Source: a virus
Lineage: Duplodnaviria; Caudoviricetes
Virus record (IMG/VR): IMGVR_UViG_3300013829_000009
Span: 1-53,129 of that record
DNA: 53,129 nucleotides
Direction: 5' to 3' (one strand)
Position numbers and translations under genes: made by a program. Below, one piece after another: positions 36,415 through 46,079 of this stretch (position 1 is the first letter of the stretch; the number at the start of each line of letters is the position of its first letter). The notes under the pieces are model-generated. The model did no database searches and was not told the origin of the DNA. It saw nothing but the letters and a program-made list of their open reading frames with translations.

Positions 36415-38748
36415 ATGGCAGACAATTTCGGCTTGAAGATTGGAGTCGAGGGCGAAAAAGAGTTTAAAAAGGCGCTCTCCGACATCAACCAGTCGTTCAA
36501 GGTACTCGGCTCGGAGATGAAGCTGGTCGAGTCCGAATTCGGCAAAAACGAAAACAGCGTCCAGTCCCTCACCTCCAAAAATGAGGTTCTGACCAAACAA
36601 ATCGACGCCCAGAAAGATAAAATCGAAACGCTCCGCAAGGCATTGGAAAACGCCTCTGACTCCTTCGGCGAGAACGACCGCCGCACACAGCAATGGGCGG
36701 TGCAGCTGAATAACGCGCAGGCGGAACTCAATGGCATGGAGCGCGAACTGAAGGACAACGAAAAGGCTCTGGACAATGTGGCCGACAATTTTGACGATGC
36801 CGAGAAGCAAGCCGACCAATTCGGAGACGAGCTTGAAAAAACGGGCAAGGAAGCCGATTCTTCCGGCAGCAAGTTTGAAAAGCTCGGTTCGGTTGTTAAA
36901 GGCATCGGTGCTGCAATGGGTGCAGCTTTTGTTGCTATTGGTGCGGCTACAATAAGCGCAGGCAAGGCACTTGTAGATATGAGCGTGGAAGCAGCCGCAT
37001 ATGCGGATGAAATGCTGACCCAGTCCACCGTGACGGGTATGTCGGTCGAGAGCTTACAGGCATATAGTTATGCCGCAGACCTCGTGGATGTGTCACTCGA
37101 TACTCTGACAGGCTCTATGGCGAAGAACGTCAAGTCAATGTCGAACGCAGCGGACGGCTCCGCAAAATTCGCTGACGCATATGCACGGCTTGGGGTGTCA
37201 GTTACAGATGCCAATGGCAATCTCCGCGACAGTGAGACCGTATACTGGGAAACTATCGATGCGCTTGGGAAAATCTCGAACGAAACCGAACGCGACGCCC
37301 TCGCCATGCAGATCTTTGGAAAAAGTGCACAGGACTTAAATCCTCTTATCGCCCAAGGCAGCGCGGGCATTGCCGCGTTGACAGAAGAAGCAAAACGCAT
37401 GGGTGCTGTTCTCAGTGAGGAGAGCATCGAAAAACTCGGTGCCTTTGATGATTCCGTTCAGCGGCTAAAGCAAGGCTCAGAAGCTGCCAAGCGCGTCATG
37501 GGTACGGTGCTTCTACCACAGCTTCAGACACTTGCGGACGAAGGAACTACTCTGCTCGGCGACTTCACTTCCGGCTTAGTGGATGCCGGGGACGACTTCG
37601 GTAAAATCAGTGAGGTCATCGAAAACACGGTCGGCGGTCTTGTTGACATGATTATGGAGCACTTGCCAAAAATCATACAGGTCGGCATGGACATCGTCAT
37701 GGCTATCGTAAATGCGATTGTAGAAAATCTGCCAACCATTGTGGAATGCGCGTCCTCTATCGTCATGACACTGCTCGAAGGCTTGATTGAAGCTCTGCCT
37801 GCTATCACGGAGGGCGCTCTGCAGCTTGTCCTTGCACTGGTTCAAGGCATCATCGATAATCTACCCGCTATTATAGAAGCCGCGATTCAAATGATCGTTA
37901 CGCTGGCATTGGGTATTGCGGAAGCGCTGCCGGAACTGATTCCTTCCATCGTCGAGGCGATCCTCCTGATTGTTCAGGTGCTGCTCGACAATATGGATAA
38001 AATTCTGGAAGCCGCCTTCGCCATTATAAAGGGACTGGCGGAGGGGTTGCTGAACGCCCTGCCCGAACTGATCGACGCGCTGCCCGAAATCATAACGACC
38101 ATAATCGATTTTATTACAGATAACCTTCCTGAAATTATAGAAATGGGCATCGAACTCACCGTTCAGCTTGCTGCCGGACTGATTCAAGCCATTCCGCAGC
38201 TTGTGGCTAAAATACCGGAGATCATCGCGGCTATCGTGACAGGCCTTGGGAAAGCGGTCGGCGCTGTGTTTGAAATCGGCAAGAACATCGTTTCAGGCCT
38301 GTGGCAAGGCATACAGTCACTGGCTTCGTGGCTCTGGGATAAAGTGTCTGGCTGGATTTCTTCCATATGGGACGGTATCTGTGACTTCTTTGGTATTGCA
38401 TCTCCCTCAAAGGAAATGGGCTGGCTTGGCAAGATGATGGTCGAAGGTCTCGCCGGGTCTATCGACAGCAACGGCAAGTATGCCGTGTCTGCCGTAACCG
38501 ATATGGCAAAGGACATCGACGGCGCTATAAAGGGAATCGCAGACAATATGCAGACCGCGCTGCCGACGGATTTCAAGATGGACATTGACTCGGATATAAA
38601 CCGGGTGATGAACGACACCGCTCTTGATGTGAGGAAAACCGTGGAACATACGGGCATTATCCGGGTGGAGGGCGTCAATTCCGCCGGTGAAATGACCTCT
38701 GTCGTAGATATTATCATTGACAGTCTCAGACAGGAGGTGCGTGTATGA
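36415..38748 (+). CDS. Tape measure protein
   Basis: FGLKIGVEGEKEFK; coiled coil; LP.II amphipathic repeats; FFGIASPSK. Confidence 0.92.
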   Translation: MADNFGLKIGVEGEKEFKKALSDINQSFKVLGSEMKLVESEFGKNENSVQSLTSKNEVLTKQIDAQKDKIETLRKALENASDSFGENDRRTQQWAVQLNNAQAELNGMERELKDNEKALDNVADNFDDAEKQADQFGDELEKTGKEADSSGSKFEKLGSVVKGIGAAMGAAFVAIGAATISAGKALVDMSVEAAAYADEMLTQSTVTGMSVESLQAYSYAADLVDVSLDTLTGSMAKNVKSMSNAADGSAKFADAYARLGVSVTDANGNLRDSETVYWETIDALGKISNETERDALAMQIFGKSAQDLNPLIAQGSAGIAALTEEAKRMGAVLSEESIEKLGAFDDSVQRLKQGSEAAKRVMGTVLLPQLQTLADEGTTLLGDFTSGLVDAGDDFGKISEVIENTVGGLVDMIMEHLPKIIQVGMDIVMAIVNAIVENLPTIVECASSIVMTLLEGLIEALPAITEGALQLVLALVQGIIDNLPAIIEAAIQMIVTLALGIAEALPELIPSIVEAILLIVQVLLDNMDKILEAAFAIIKGLAEGLLNALPELIDALPEIITTIIDFITDNLPEIIEMGIELTVQLAAGLIQAIPQLVAKIPEIIAAIVTGLGKAVGAVFEIGKNIVSGLWQGIQSLASWLWDKVSGWISSIWDGICDFFGIASPSKEMGWLGKMMVEGLAGSIDSNGKYAVSAVTDMAKDIDGAIKGIADNMQTALPTDFKMDIDSDINRVMNDTALDVRKTVEHTGIIRVEGVNSAGEMTSVVDIIIDSLRQEVRV

Positions 38749-39092
38749 GTTATCTAAAAAATGCAGAGACAAGTGAAATCATCACGCGCTTTGTCAGCTT
38801 CCGAAAAACCCAGGAGATCATCCGAACGGTGCAGACTGCCCTTGACGGGACGGAATATCTGACCCGTTTCGGTTCGCCGACCGTGCATTATGAGCTGACT
38901 CTCTATGTTAATGAAGCCGGGAAAGCCGCGCTGATGGAAGCCGAGGATAGCGTTCCGCTACTTGAGTGCTCGGTAAAACAGGGCGTTTTCAGTGGAAGAA
39001 TTACTGAACTCGGCGATTTTGATTATCAGGCGGCGGGTTGGTACAAGGTCACAGCCACCCTTGCGGCGGTAAGCGAGGTGAGCGACCCGTGA
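38745..39092 (+). CDS. Tail protein (Dit-like position)
   Basis: Follows the TMP gene with overlap; TALDG motif. Confidence 0.6.
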   Translation: MSYLKNAETSEIITRFVSFRKTQEIIRTVQTALDGTEYLTRFGSPTVHYELTLYVNEAGKAALMEAEDSVPLLECSVKQGVFSGRITELGDFDYQAAGWYKVTATLAAVSEVSDP

Positions 39093-40492
39093 GAAACATA
39101 CCAACGGCGCTGAAAGAAAAACTTGCTAACCGCTTCAAGGTAGAAAACACGGACAGCTTAGCAAAACTCCGTGTGGTAGCCACGCAGACCTCCGTCAACT
39201 CGCTGCTCTCCGAGCCGATTCACGAGGATATTGCTCCCGCTTTCGGCGATGTGGCTGTGCGCCAGACTGCCGGTGAATCCGATTTATCTCTGGCTTATGC
39301 CATCTGTCTGGACGATGGCGTCGCAAAGATATATAAACGGAAGTTTCCAGCGGGCTTGGAGTATCCGTGGGAGTACCAGTGGACGCTCGGTACAGCAACC
39401 GATCTGGCGATTGAATTTAACGGCGTGTGGAAAATGAACGCCGAAAAGGAATGGTATTACCTACAAACCGAGGAATACCCTTATGTTTTTTATGTGCGGA
39501 ACGGCAATCTGTATGTTCAGGCCTGGCGCGACAGCGATAATGCCTCTCTGCTTGCCACCGGCGTTTCCCAGATATCCGCCTGCAAGGGCTGGCAGTCCAG
39601 CGTCGAACAAGACCTTGACCAGGGCTTAATCATCGGCTACCTCAAGAGCGGTTCTGTGTATTACCGGGCGCTCTGCTGTCAGGAAAACGGCTCTTATGTC
39701 TGGGAAGCAGAGCATGAAGTATCCACCCTTGGTATGGGAAACACGACGCTGTCAGTTATCCGTACCAATGATTTTCGTATCGGCTTTCTGACACAGAATA
39801 GTGGACGAATGCTTCTGGCACTGACGCACCGAAACTATGCCGGGATGAGCGTCCGGCCGGAAACGGTCCACATCAACGCTTCAAACGTGAAAATGTGGAT
39901 TTCCGATATAACCGAACTGGACACGCTGAACACTGAATACGCTTCCGGAAATACTGCCTATCCCTATGTTCTGCTGGACGAGCCGGACACGGAAGAAATC
40001 TCCGTAGTCTCGGTGGAGAAGCTGAACCGCGATACAGGCTTTGTGTGCTATGGCTTTAAAATCCATCTTACAAGGCCTTTGAACGGAAGTATCAATGCGG
40101 GATTCCCGGTGAAATGCACACTCTCCGTTTCCGGGGTGACCGTTGCCTCTGCTTCCTATGACAGCGAGGAGCAGGCGCTTGTTCTATATACGAGCTCCGA
40201 TATCCGCAGGACGGTAGCAGTAACCGTTACAATGCCGGAATACCGTTCTCTCTGGTATTACAAGCTCGGTTTGCAAAGATGGTTTTTGCCCGCTCTGAGC
40301 GCTGTAGCCGCCGCAGAAACTATGGACTACTTCACTTATGAAAACGAGACTGCAGCCATATCCACGATTTCGGCGGGAGTTTGGATTGACGGAGCTGTTT
40401 TTACCGAGTGTTTCCAGCCTGCGCATACGGCTGTCATTGCGGTTGTGGCTTCGTCTGTAAGCCTGCAGCCTGTTTCAACATTACCGATTTAG
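39089..40492 (+). CDS. Tail/baseplate structural protein
   Basis: Beta-rich ORF in the tail module; GTGA overlap. Confidence 0.65.
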   Translation: MRNIPTALKEKLANRFKVENTDSLAKLRVVATQTSVNSLLSEPIHEDIAPAFGDVAVRQTAGESDLSLAYAICLDDGVAKIYKRKFPAGLEYPWEYQWTLGTATDLAIEFNGVWKMNAEKEWYYLQTEEYPYVFYVRNGNLYVQAWRDSDNASLLATGVSQISACKGWQSSVEQDLDQGLIIGYLKSGSVYYRALCCQENGSYVWEAEHEVSTLGMGNTTLSVIRTNDFRIGFLTQNSGRMLLALTHRNYAGMSVRPETVHINASNVKMWISDITELDTLNTEYASGNTAYPYVLLDEPDTEEISVVSVEKLNRDTGFVCYGFKIHLTRPLNGSINAGFPVKCTLSVSGVTVASASYDSEEQALVLYTSSDIRRTVAVTVTMPEYRSLWYYKLGLQRWFLPALSAVAAAETMDYFTYENETAAISTISAGVWIDGAVFTECFQPAHTAVIAVVASSVSLQPVSTLPI

Positions 40493-40504
40493 GAGGTTTT
40501 CAAA

Positions 40505-42793
40505 ATGAAGATACAAGAACGAGCTGTTCTTCACAACCGTTTTGACGTTAAGGTCGTCGATGCCGAAAGCGGTAAAATCAAGCAGACAGCAGTCGGCTTC
40601 AACGTCATTACAAACTACTATTTTAATAGCAGGCTGACGGCTTCTCCGCTGAGTAAAACGACAGACCTGTTCAGATATATCGCAGTTGGTACTGGAACAG
40701 GGACGCCCGCCGTTACGGATACCGCCCTTTTTACACATCTTACGCGCAAATCCGTAACGACGCTGGAAACGGTTTATGAATACCCGACTTCGCATACTAC
40801 AAAGCAAATCAAGCTGGAAGCGACCGAGTGTAACGGCTCCACCATTACCGAGGTGGCTCTGGAGGGTTATTACAGCGGCACATGGTCAACCACTTACTAC
40901 ATCATGTCCCACGCCATGCTGCAGGATTCCGAAGGGAACCAGATCGCCATCGCAAAGACTGATACAGATGTGGTGTATATAACCGCAACCTTCTACGCTA
41001 CCTGCACGCCTTCCGGTTTCGGTACAAACGGCATTTATCCCACGGCGGCTAACAACTACCTGTTTAAATGGCTTCTCACAGGAAGTACGGACGATTATGT
41101 TCGCTTTTCCCGCTTCCCCGTGGAGTACTCCTCAGATATGAACGTGAAATATCACGGCAGTAAAAGCTATTCCTTCAGCGGCGGTACGGGGAATACCACT
41201 ACCTATCAGTATGACCTGCCCGTAACCACGTTCCTTGACAGCGAGTCAAACAACCGCATCATCAAGCACCTCGGTGTCGCCGGGGTTGGCGCGTTCACCT
41301 TCCCAAATCATGATGTTTTCCCACCCTACGCGGTCGACCATCTCGTCATCGGCGAGGGTGACGGAGCTACAACCGAGTTCAGCATGAAGTGCCCATTGAT
41401 ACAATCCGGGACGGTCCGCATTTTTGTAAACGACACGGAAATGACAGAAGGCACGGACTATACTGTGGATTTGGAGAACAACTGCGGTGACTGGTATGAA
41501 AACTACCATACGGCGGCGATAACCTGCAAAAGCGTCGGAGTATCCTTTGGAGACATCGCATCAAAGACTCCAAACAGCAGCTACGACTATCGCGACCCTC
41601 TTGCCTGGTGGAGCTGTTATGACAGGACGGTATATCCATCCTCCTGCACGGTGAGTGATGTCAATCCGATTAAAATAGATTTCGGAACAGCAAAGGCCTG
41701 CAATACTCTTAAGATTGATATTCTGACCGTACCGACCGCAAGGCTCGATACCCTTAAAATACAGCATTCAGCAAATGATGCCGACTGGACGGATGTAACA
41801 GGGCTTTCAAGGACAGGTCAGGTTTGGAAGTTTACAGAAACATCAGCGAGGTATTGGAGAGTATTCCTAAGCGGAGAAGGCAATGCCACCGTTGTCGTAA
41901 CATCAAGCGGCATGACAGGTTCGCCGATAACCCTTTCCATGCCGGTGGCCTCATCGGATACGGCGAGCATAGTGGCGGGCAAGATAAAAACAGCCATTGA
42001 AGACAATACGAATATTTCAGCTTTATATGATACGTCGGTCTCAGGTACGGATGTGATCTTAACCGCTAAAACGCCGGTGGCTAATGTTTCAAGCTTGAAT
42101 ATCGCACTTTCAAACGGAACTTGCGCTGGACTGACCACCGTTTCAACCTCGACCAATACGACAGCCGGAGTCGCCGCCGTAAAGCAACAGGAAAATATCT
42201 ATGTGACCGGAACCATAGTGACTGCGGGAAACGCGACGGTTGTCGTAACGGCCGCTGGAATGGTAAACTCTCCGATAACCCTTTCGGTGCCGGTTACAAG
42301 CGGAGACTCTTCGACAGTAGTTGCGACAAAGGTAAACGCTGCTCTCGCACAAAACCCCGATATCACGGACTTCTTTACAATCAGCCCAGATAACGGAAGA
42401 TATGTGCGGCTGACCGCTAAAGTGGCTGCGGATAATGATCCTACCCTGAATATCAGCATTGCAAATGATACTTGCACAGGACTCACCGCCATACCGACAT
42501 CCACCGTTGACGCCGCAGGCAATGCGGGAACAAAACAAGTAGAGACCTTAACCGTAGCAGGCAGTGTCAGCTACAGCTGGACATACAATTTATATTACCA
42601 GAGCTTTCCGACAAGGGACGGACAGAGCTTCGGCTCAACCTTCTTTTTGGGGAAGACCGTGCCAGGGTTGAAGTTCACATCACCGCCTGCGGCAGGTGCA
42701 TCGATCACAGCCAGCTTTGCGCTTGAGTACCCGTTTAAGACTGCGAACAATCTGCTGCGCTTCACCTACTCAGTTCAGCTGCAAAGAGGGTGA
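40505..42793 (+). CDS. Tail fibre / receptor-binding protein with tandem ~116-aa repeats
   Basis: YIAVGTG...TAL...ITEVAL fibre N-terminus; GEGDG.TTEF; F5/8-like SARYWRV; two repeats at 41879 and 42227. Confidence 0.75.
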   Translation: MKIQERAVLHNRFDVKVVDAESGKIKQTAVGFNVITNYYFNSRLTASPLSKTTDLFRYIAVGTGTGTPAVTDTALFTHLTRKSVTTLETVYEYPTSHTTKQIKLEATECNGSTITEVALEGYYSGTWSTTYYIMSHAMLQDSEGNQIAIAKTDTDVVYITATFYATCTPSGFGTNGIYPTAANNYLFKWLLTGSTDDYVRFSRFPVEYSSDMNVKYHGSKSYSFSGGTGNTTTYQYDLPVTTFLDSESNNRIIKHLGVAGVGAFTFPNHDVFPPYAVDHLVIGEGDGATTEFSMKCPLIQSGTVRIFVNDTEMTEGTDYTVDLENNCGDWYENYHTAAITCKSVGVSFGDIASKTPNSSYDYRDPLAWWSCYDRTVYPSSCTVSDVNPIKIDFGTAKACNTLKIDILTVPTARLDTLKIQHSANDADWTDVTGLSRTGQVWKFTETSARYWRVFLSGEGNATVVVTSSGMTGSPITLSMPVASSDTASIVAGKIKTAIEDNTNISALYDTSVSGTDVILTAKTPVANVSSLNIALSNGTCAGLTTVSTSTNTTAGVAAVKQQENIYVTGTIVTAGNATVVVTAAGMVNSPITLSVPVTSGDSSTVVATKVNAALAQNPDITDFFTISPDNGRYVRLTAKVAADNDPTLNISIANDTCTGLTAIPTSTVDAAGNAGTKQVETLTVAGSVSYSWTYNLYYQSFPTRDGQSFGSTFFLGKTVPGLKFTSPPAAGASITASFALEYPFKTANNLLRFTYSVQLQRG

Positions 42794-42797
42794 CGCC

Positions 42798-44126
42798 ATG
42801 ACGCTGACATTTGAATATACCCTTGATACCGGAGCAGGCTTGTATCCGCAGGTGATCCACACCTCGGACAACCTGCTCCGTTTCATATACCTCACCGCCG
42901 ACGGCACCGTGGCTGGAAGTACAGCGAACCCGGTTTTGGGTTTGTACGACAATCTGACCTATACGGAAACCGGCAGGATTTCGCCCGATGAAACGGTGTC
43001 GTATCCGAGCATCAAAAAAGTGGCGCATTACGGCGCATACGGATTCTGGAGCGCCGAGGGCGACCATCGGTTTGTCATGTATATGCTGCCGACCGACATC
43101 ACAAATTCGTTTATTGACGGCTCTGTGAAATTCAGCATCGGCAGCGAGGTCTCGCAGATGTCCTGCACCTTGCTCAACATCAAGGGGGCGCTGCTCAACC
43201 GCTACCGTGCTTTCGTGACGCCCGGCACCAAGATGGAATTGCACTTTTCCCTCGGTAGCAGCGGAGAAATCACGCTCGGCATCTTCTATATCGACCGCGC
43301 TTCGGTCTCGTACCCGGACGAAAAAGTATCCGTATCTGCCAGAAACGCAATTGGCAAACTGCTGAAGGAACAGACCTTCAATGAGGACAATACATTTGAA
43401 GAAACGACGCTTCAGCTGAACCTGCAGGAGATTCTTCGCCTCGCCGAGGTGGAGGATTTTTTTGTTGGAAACAACACAAAGACATGGAAGCTGCGCTTCG
43501 AACCAGATGTCACCATACTGGACGGCATCAAGCGGGTAATCTCTCTGCTTGATGGCTGGAAGGTCGATGAAACGGCAAACGGCGTCATCGGCGTGGCGGC
43601 CGCTACAGACGCCCGTTTCGACCAGCCTGCTGTGTATACATTCGAGCGCGACAAGACCTGCTGGAGCTACAGTGTGGAATACGACGATTCGGAAGCCGTC
43701 AGCAGGGTTTGCGTCACCAGTGCCGATCCGGAAAACACGGTTTACGCCACAGTCCCCAGAAGCAAATGGTGGGTTCAGCCGTCCCACCGCACGACTTACG
43801 TAACAGCCGCCGACGGCTCGACGCTTGCCGAGATAACAGCTATGGCTGAGGAGCTGGCACAGGCCATCGCCATATCCGGCAGGCAGGAGAGCTTCGCCGG
43901 TATCTTCACACCCCAACTCACCATCGGCGATGAGGTGCGCATTGTCAGTGGGGCAACAACCGAAACCATCGGTATTATCACGGATGTGACGCACAATTTT
44001 GGAAGGGGCGGTTTCTATACGGCGTTCACCGTGGACAGCGGCGGACGGAAATGCAAAGCACGTCTTTCGGACTTGATCGGCAAAGCATCTGAAAAACCCA
44101 ATTTAAACGGCGTGACTATTTATTAA
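42798..44126 (+). CDS. Tail hub / Tal-like protein
   Basis: LGIFYID; SARN.IGKLL; P.L.IGD.V...I.DVTH.F..GF.T.F. Confidence 0.65.
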   Translation: MTLTFEYTLDTGAGLYPQVIHTSDNLLRFIYLTADGTVAGSTANPVLGLYDNLTYTETGRISPDETVSYPSIKKVAHYGAYGFWSAEGDHRFVMYMLPTDITNSFIDGSVKFSIGSEVSQMSCTLLNIKGALLNRYRAFVTPGTKMELHFSLGSSGEITLGIFYIDRASVSYPDEKVSVSARNAIGKLLKEQTFNEDNTFEETTLQLNLQEILRLAEVEDFFVGNNTKTWKLRFEPDVTILDGIKRVISLLDGWKVDETANGVIGVAAATDARFDQPAVYTFERDKTCWSYSVEYDDSEAVSRVCVTSADPENTVYATVPRSKWWVQPSHRTTYVTAADGSTLAEITAMAEELAQAIAISGRQESFAGIFTPQLTIGDEVRIVSGATTETIGIITDVTHNFGRGGFYTAFTVDSGGRKCKARLSDLIGKASEKPNLNGVTIY

Positions 44127-44141
44127 TGGAGGAATAACAAC

Positions 44142-44549
44142 ATGAAAGAAATCTGGAATTGGATTCAACTCGCGCTATCGGCAGTCGGCGGCGCACTCGG
44201 CTGGTTCTTTGGAGGCATGGACGGTTTAATTTATGCACTGCTCGTGTTTGTGATCGCCGATTATATCACGGGCGTCATGTGCGCCATTGCGGACAAAAAT
44301 CTGTCAAGTGAGGTCGGCTTCAAGGGTATCTGCAAAAAGGTACTGATATTTGTGATGGTCGGTATCGGACATATCATGGATACCTATCTCATCGGCAACG
44401 GAGAAGTTCTCCGGACAGCCGTCATCTTCTTCTACTGTTCCAACGAGGGCGTCTCGATGCTCGAAAATGCCGGGCATCTCGGACTGCCCATTCCGGCGAA
44501 ACTCAAAGACATTTTGGAACAAATTCATGACAGAACGGAGGACAAATAA
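44142..44549 (+). CDS. Holin (phage holin 4 family)
   Basis: GG.LGWFFGG.DG; DYITG; LSSEVGFKGI.KK; NEGVS.LEN. Confidence 0.92.
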   Translation: MKEIWNWIQLALSAVGGALGWFFGGMDGLIYALLVFVIADYITGVMCAIADKNLSSEVGFKGICKKVLIFVMVGIGHIMDTYLIGNGEVLRTAVIFFYCSNEGVSMLENAGHLGLPIPAKLKDILEQIHDRTEDK

Positions 44550-45263
44550 ATGAACCTGCACAAACTCATTTTGACTAACAACGCCTGCTACAAAGCGGGT
44601 AAAACCATCACACCGAAAGGCATCATGGTACATTCCACCGGGGCGAACAACCCCAACCTCAAACGCTATGTGGGCCCCGACGACGGTCTGCTGGGCAAGA
44701 ACCAGTACAACAACCACTGGAATCAAGACAAGCCCGATGGCAGGCAGGTCTGCGTTCACGGTTTCATAGGCAAGTTGGCTGACGGAAGCATAGCCACTTA
44801 TCAAACCCTACCGTGGAATCATAGAGGCTGGCATGCTGGAGGTGCAGCGAACGATACGCATATCGGCTTTGAAATCTGTGAGGATGGTCTGACCGATGCC
44901 TCGTATTTTTCTGCCGTTTACAAGGAAGCCGTGGAGCTTTGCATATATCTCTGCAAGCAATACGGACTTACGGAGAAAAACATAATCTGTCACTCTGAGG
45001 GTTATAAGCTGGGAATCGCCAGCAACCACGGCGACGTCATGCACTGGTTTCCGAAACATGGAAAGTCGATGGATACCTTCCGTGCTGCTGTAAAGGTTGG
45101 ACTGGCTGCAACGGAAGCACCCGCTCCCGTCACACCGACCACACCAAAAAAATATTACCGTGTGCAGGTCGGTGCGTATTCCGTTAAGTCAAACGCAGAC
45201 GCCATGCTTGCTAAGATTAAGGCAGCTGGCTTTACTGATGCTTTTGTAAAGTACAGCGAATAA
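44550..45263 (+). CDS. Endolysin: Amidase_2 plus SPOR domain
   Basis: IMVHSTG; GWHAG; IGFEICE; ICHSE; NHGD; YRVQVGAYSVK.NA. Confidence 0.92.
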   Translation: MNLHKLILTNNACYKAGKTITPKGIMVHSTGANNPNLKRYVGPDDGLLGKNQYNNHWNQDKPDGRQVCVHGFIGKLADGSIATYQTLPWNHRGWHAGGAANDTHIGFEICEDGLTDASYFSAVYKEAVELCIYLCKQYGLTEKNIICHSEGYKLGIASNHGDVMHWFPKHGKSMDTFRAAVKVGLAATEAPAPVTPTTPKKYYRVQVGAYSVKSNADAMLAKIKAAGFTDAFVKYSE

Positions 45264-45331
45264 AGGATATACCATTGCTGATAGAAAGACCATAAACCAG
45301 CGGTCAAGTTATTGACCTACAGTTATTATTC

Positions 45332-45376
45332 AGACCCGTGGAGATGATTTATTTTCATTTCCACGGGTCTTTTTCT
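45332..45376 (+). terminator. Terminator after the lysis module
   Basis: AGACCCGTGGAGATGA / TCATTTCCACGGGTCT stem followed by TTTT. Confidence 0.8.
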
Positions 45377-45381
45377 GTTTT

Positions 45382-45434
45382 GGTACGGTTTTGCGCCCCG
45401 CCTGTCCTGTACGAGGTGGAGGGAGTGTCCCTCA
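45382..45434 (+). promoter_or_regulatory. Bipartite repeated element, copy 3
   Basis: GGTACGGTTT-tgcgccccgcc-TGTCCTGTACGAGGTG plus GAGGGA/TCCCTC hairpin, upstream of an RBS. Confidence 0.8.
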
Positions 45435-45450
45435 GAACGGAGGACGGAAC

Positions 45451-45858
45451 ATGACCGACAAGCAAAAACAATCCATAAAAGAAAAGAGAGCCATCGGCAT
45501 TGGATATAAGAAAATAGCCCAGGCACTCGATTTGCCCTTGGGGACAGTGCAGTCCTTCTGTCGCAGAGAAAATATAACGGCCGCGAAACCTGTTGTTCAT
45601 GATGAGAATCACTGCCGCCAGTGCGGTAAAACGCTTATTCAGACGGATAAGGTAAAAAGGCGGAAGTTCTGCTCGGATGAATGCCGGGTCAAATGGTGGA
45701 CAGAGCATCCGTGTTCAAAGAACACTGGCTCAAAATCATGCCATGCTGTAGTATGCGAGAACTGCGGCAAGAGCTTTGCCGCCTATGGAAAAGAGCCAAG
45801 AAAATACTGCTCCCACAAGTGCTACGCCGAGGCGAGATTCGGAGGTGGTGCGGTATGA
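45451..45858 (+). CDS. HTH plus zinc-finger protein
   Basis: GYKKIAQAL.LP.GTVQSFCRR; CRQCG..FCSDECR..WW; CENCGK..YCSHKCY. Confidence 0.8.
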   Translation: MTDKQKQSIKEKRAIGIGYKKIAQALDLPLGTVQSFCRRENITAAKPVVHDENHCRQCGKTLIQTDKVKRRKFCSDECRVKWWTEHPCSKNTGSKSCHAVVCENCGKSFAAYGKEPRKYCSHKCYAEARFGGGAV

Positions 45859-46043
45859 CAAAGGAACAGTTTCATAAGGAAATGCTGTACCACGCAAGCC
45901 TCTCTCCTTTCAAAGCTATGCTTGAAAACGGCATCATTTCCGGGGACGATTACCGGGTAATTGATACAATTATGAGGGCGAAATATTCTCCGATTTTTGT
46001 AGAGAAAAGTTATCAAATATCACTGGATAATAAGAGAGAATGA
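45855..46043 (+). CDS. SHOCT-like small protein preceding the recombinases
   Basis: MLENGIIS.DDY..ID..M..KY.P. Confidence 0.75.
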   Translation: MTKEQFHKEMLYHASLSPFKAMLENGIISGDDYRVIDTIMRAKYSPIFVEKSYQISLDNKRE

Positions 46044-46052
46044 CGGTAATAT
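46023..46052 (+). promoter_or_regulatory. Repeated SigA-like promoter, copy 3 (recombinase operon)
   Basis: CTGGAT-N16-GGTAATAT before the AAGGAGG RBS. Confidence 0.55.
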
Positions 46053-46079
46053 GGCTACTACCCAAAGGAGGACTCAGCT

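Noticed and set aside
39089-45330. Diversity-generating retroelement acting on the tail fibre
   Set aside because: No reverse transcriptase and no TR/VR pair differing at adenines; the internal repeats are old protein-level duplications
8644-45418. CRISPR array from the repeated 37-bp motif, with DUF2800 as Cas4
   Set aside because: The copies are kilobases apart rather than a repeat-spacer array; no cas operon; DUF2800 is a normal replication-module nuclease
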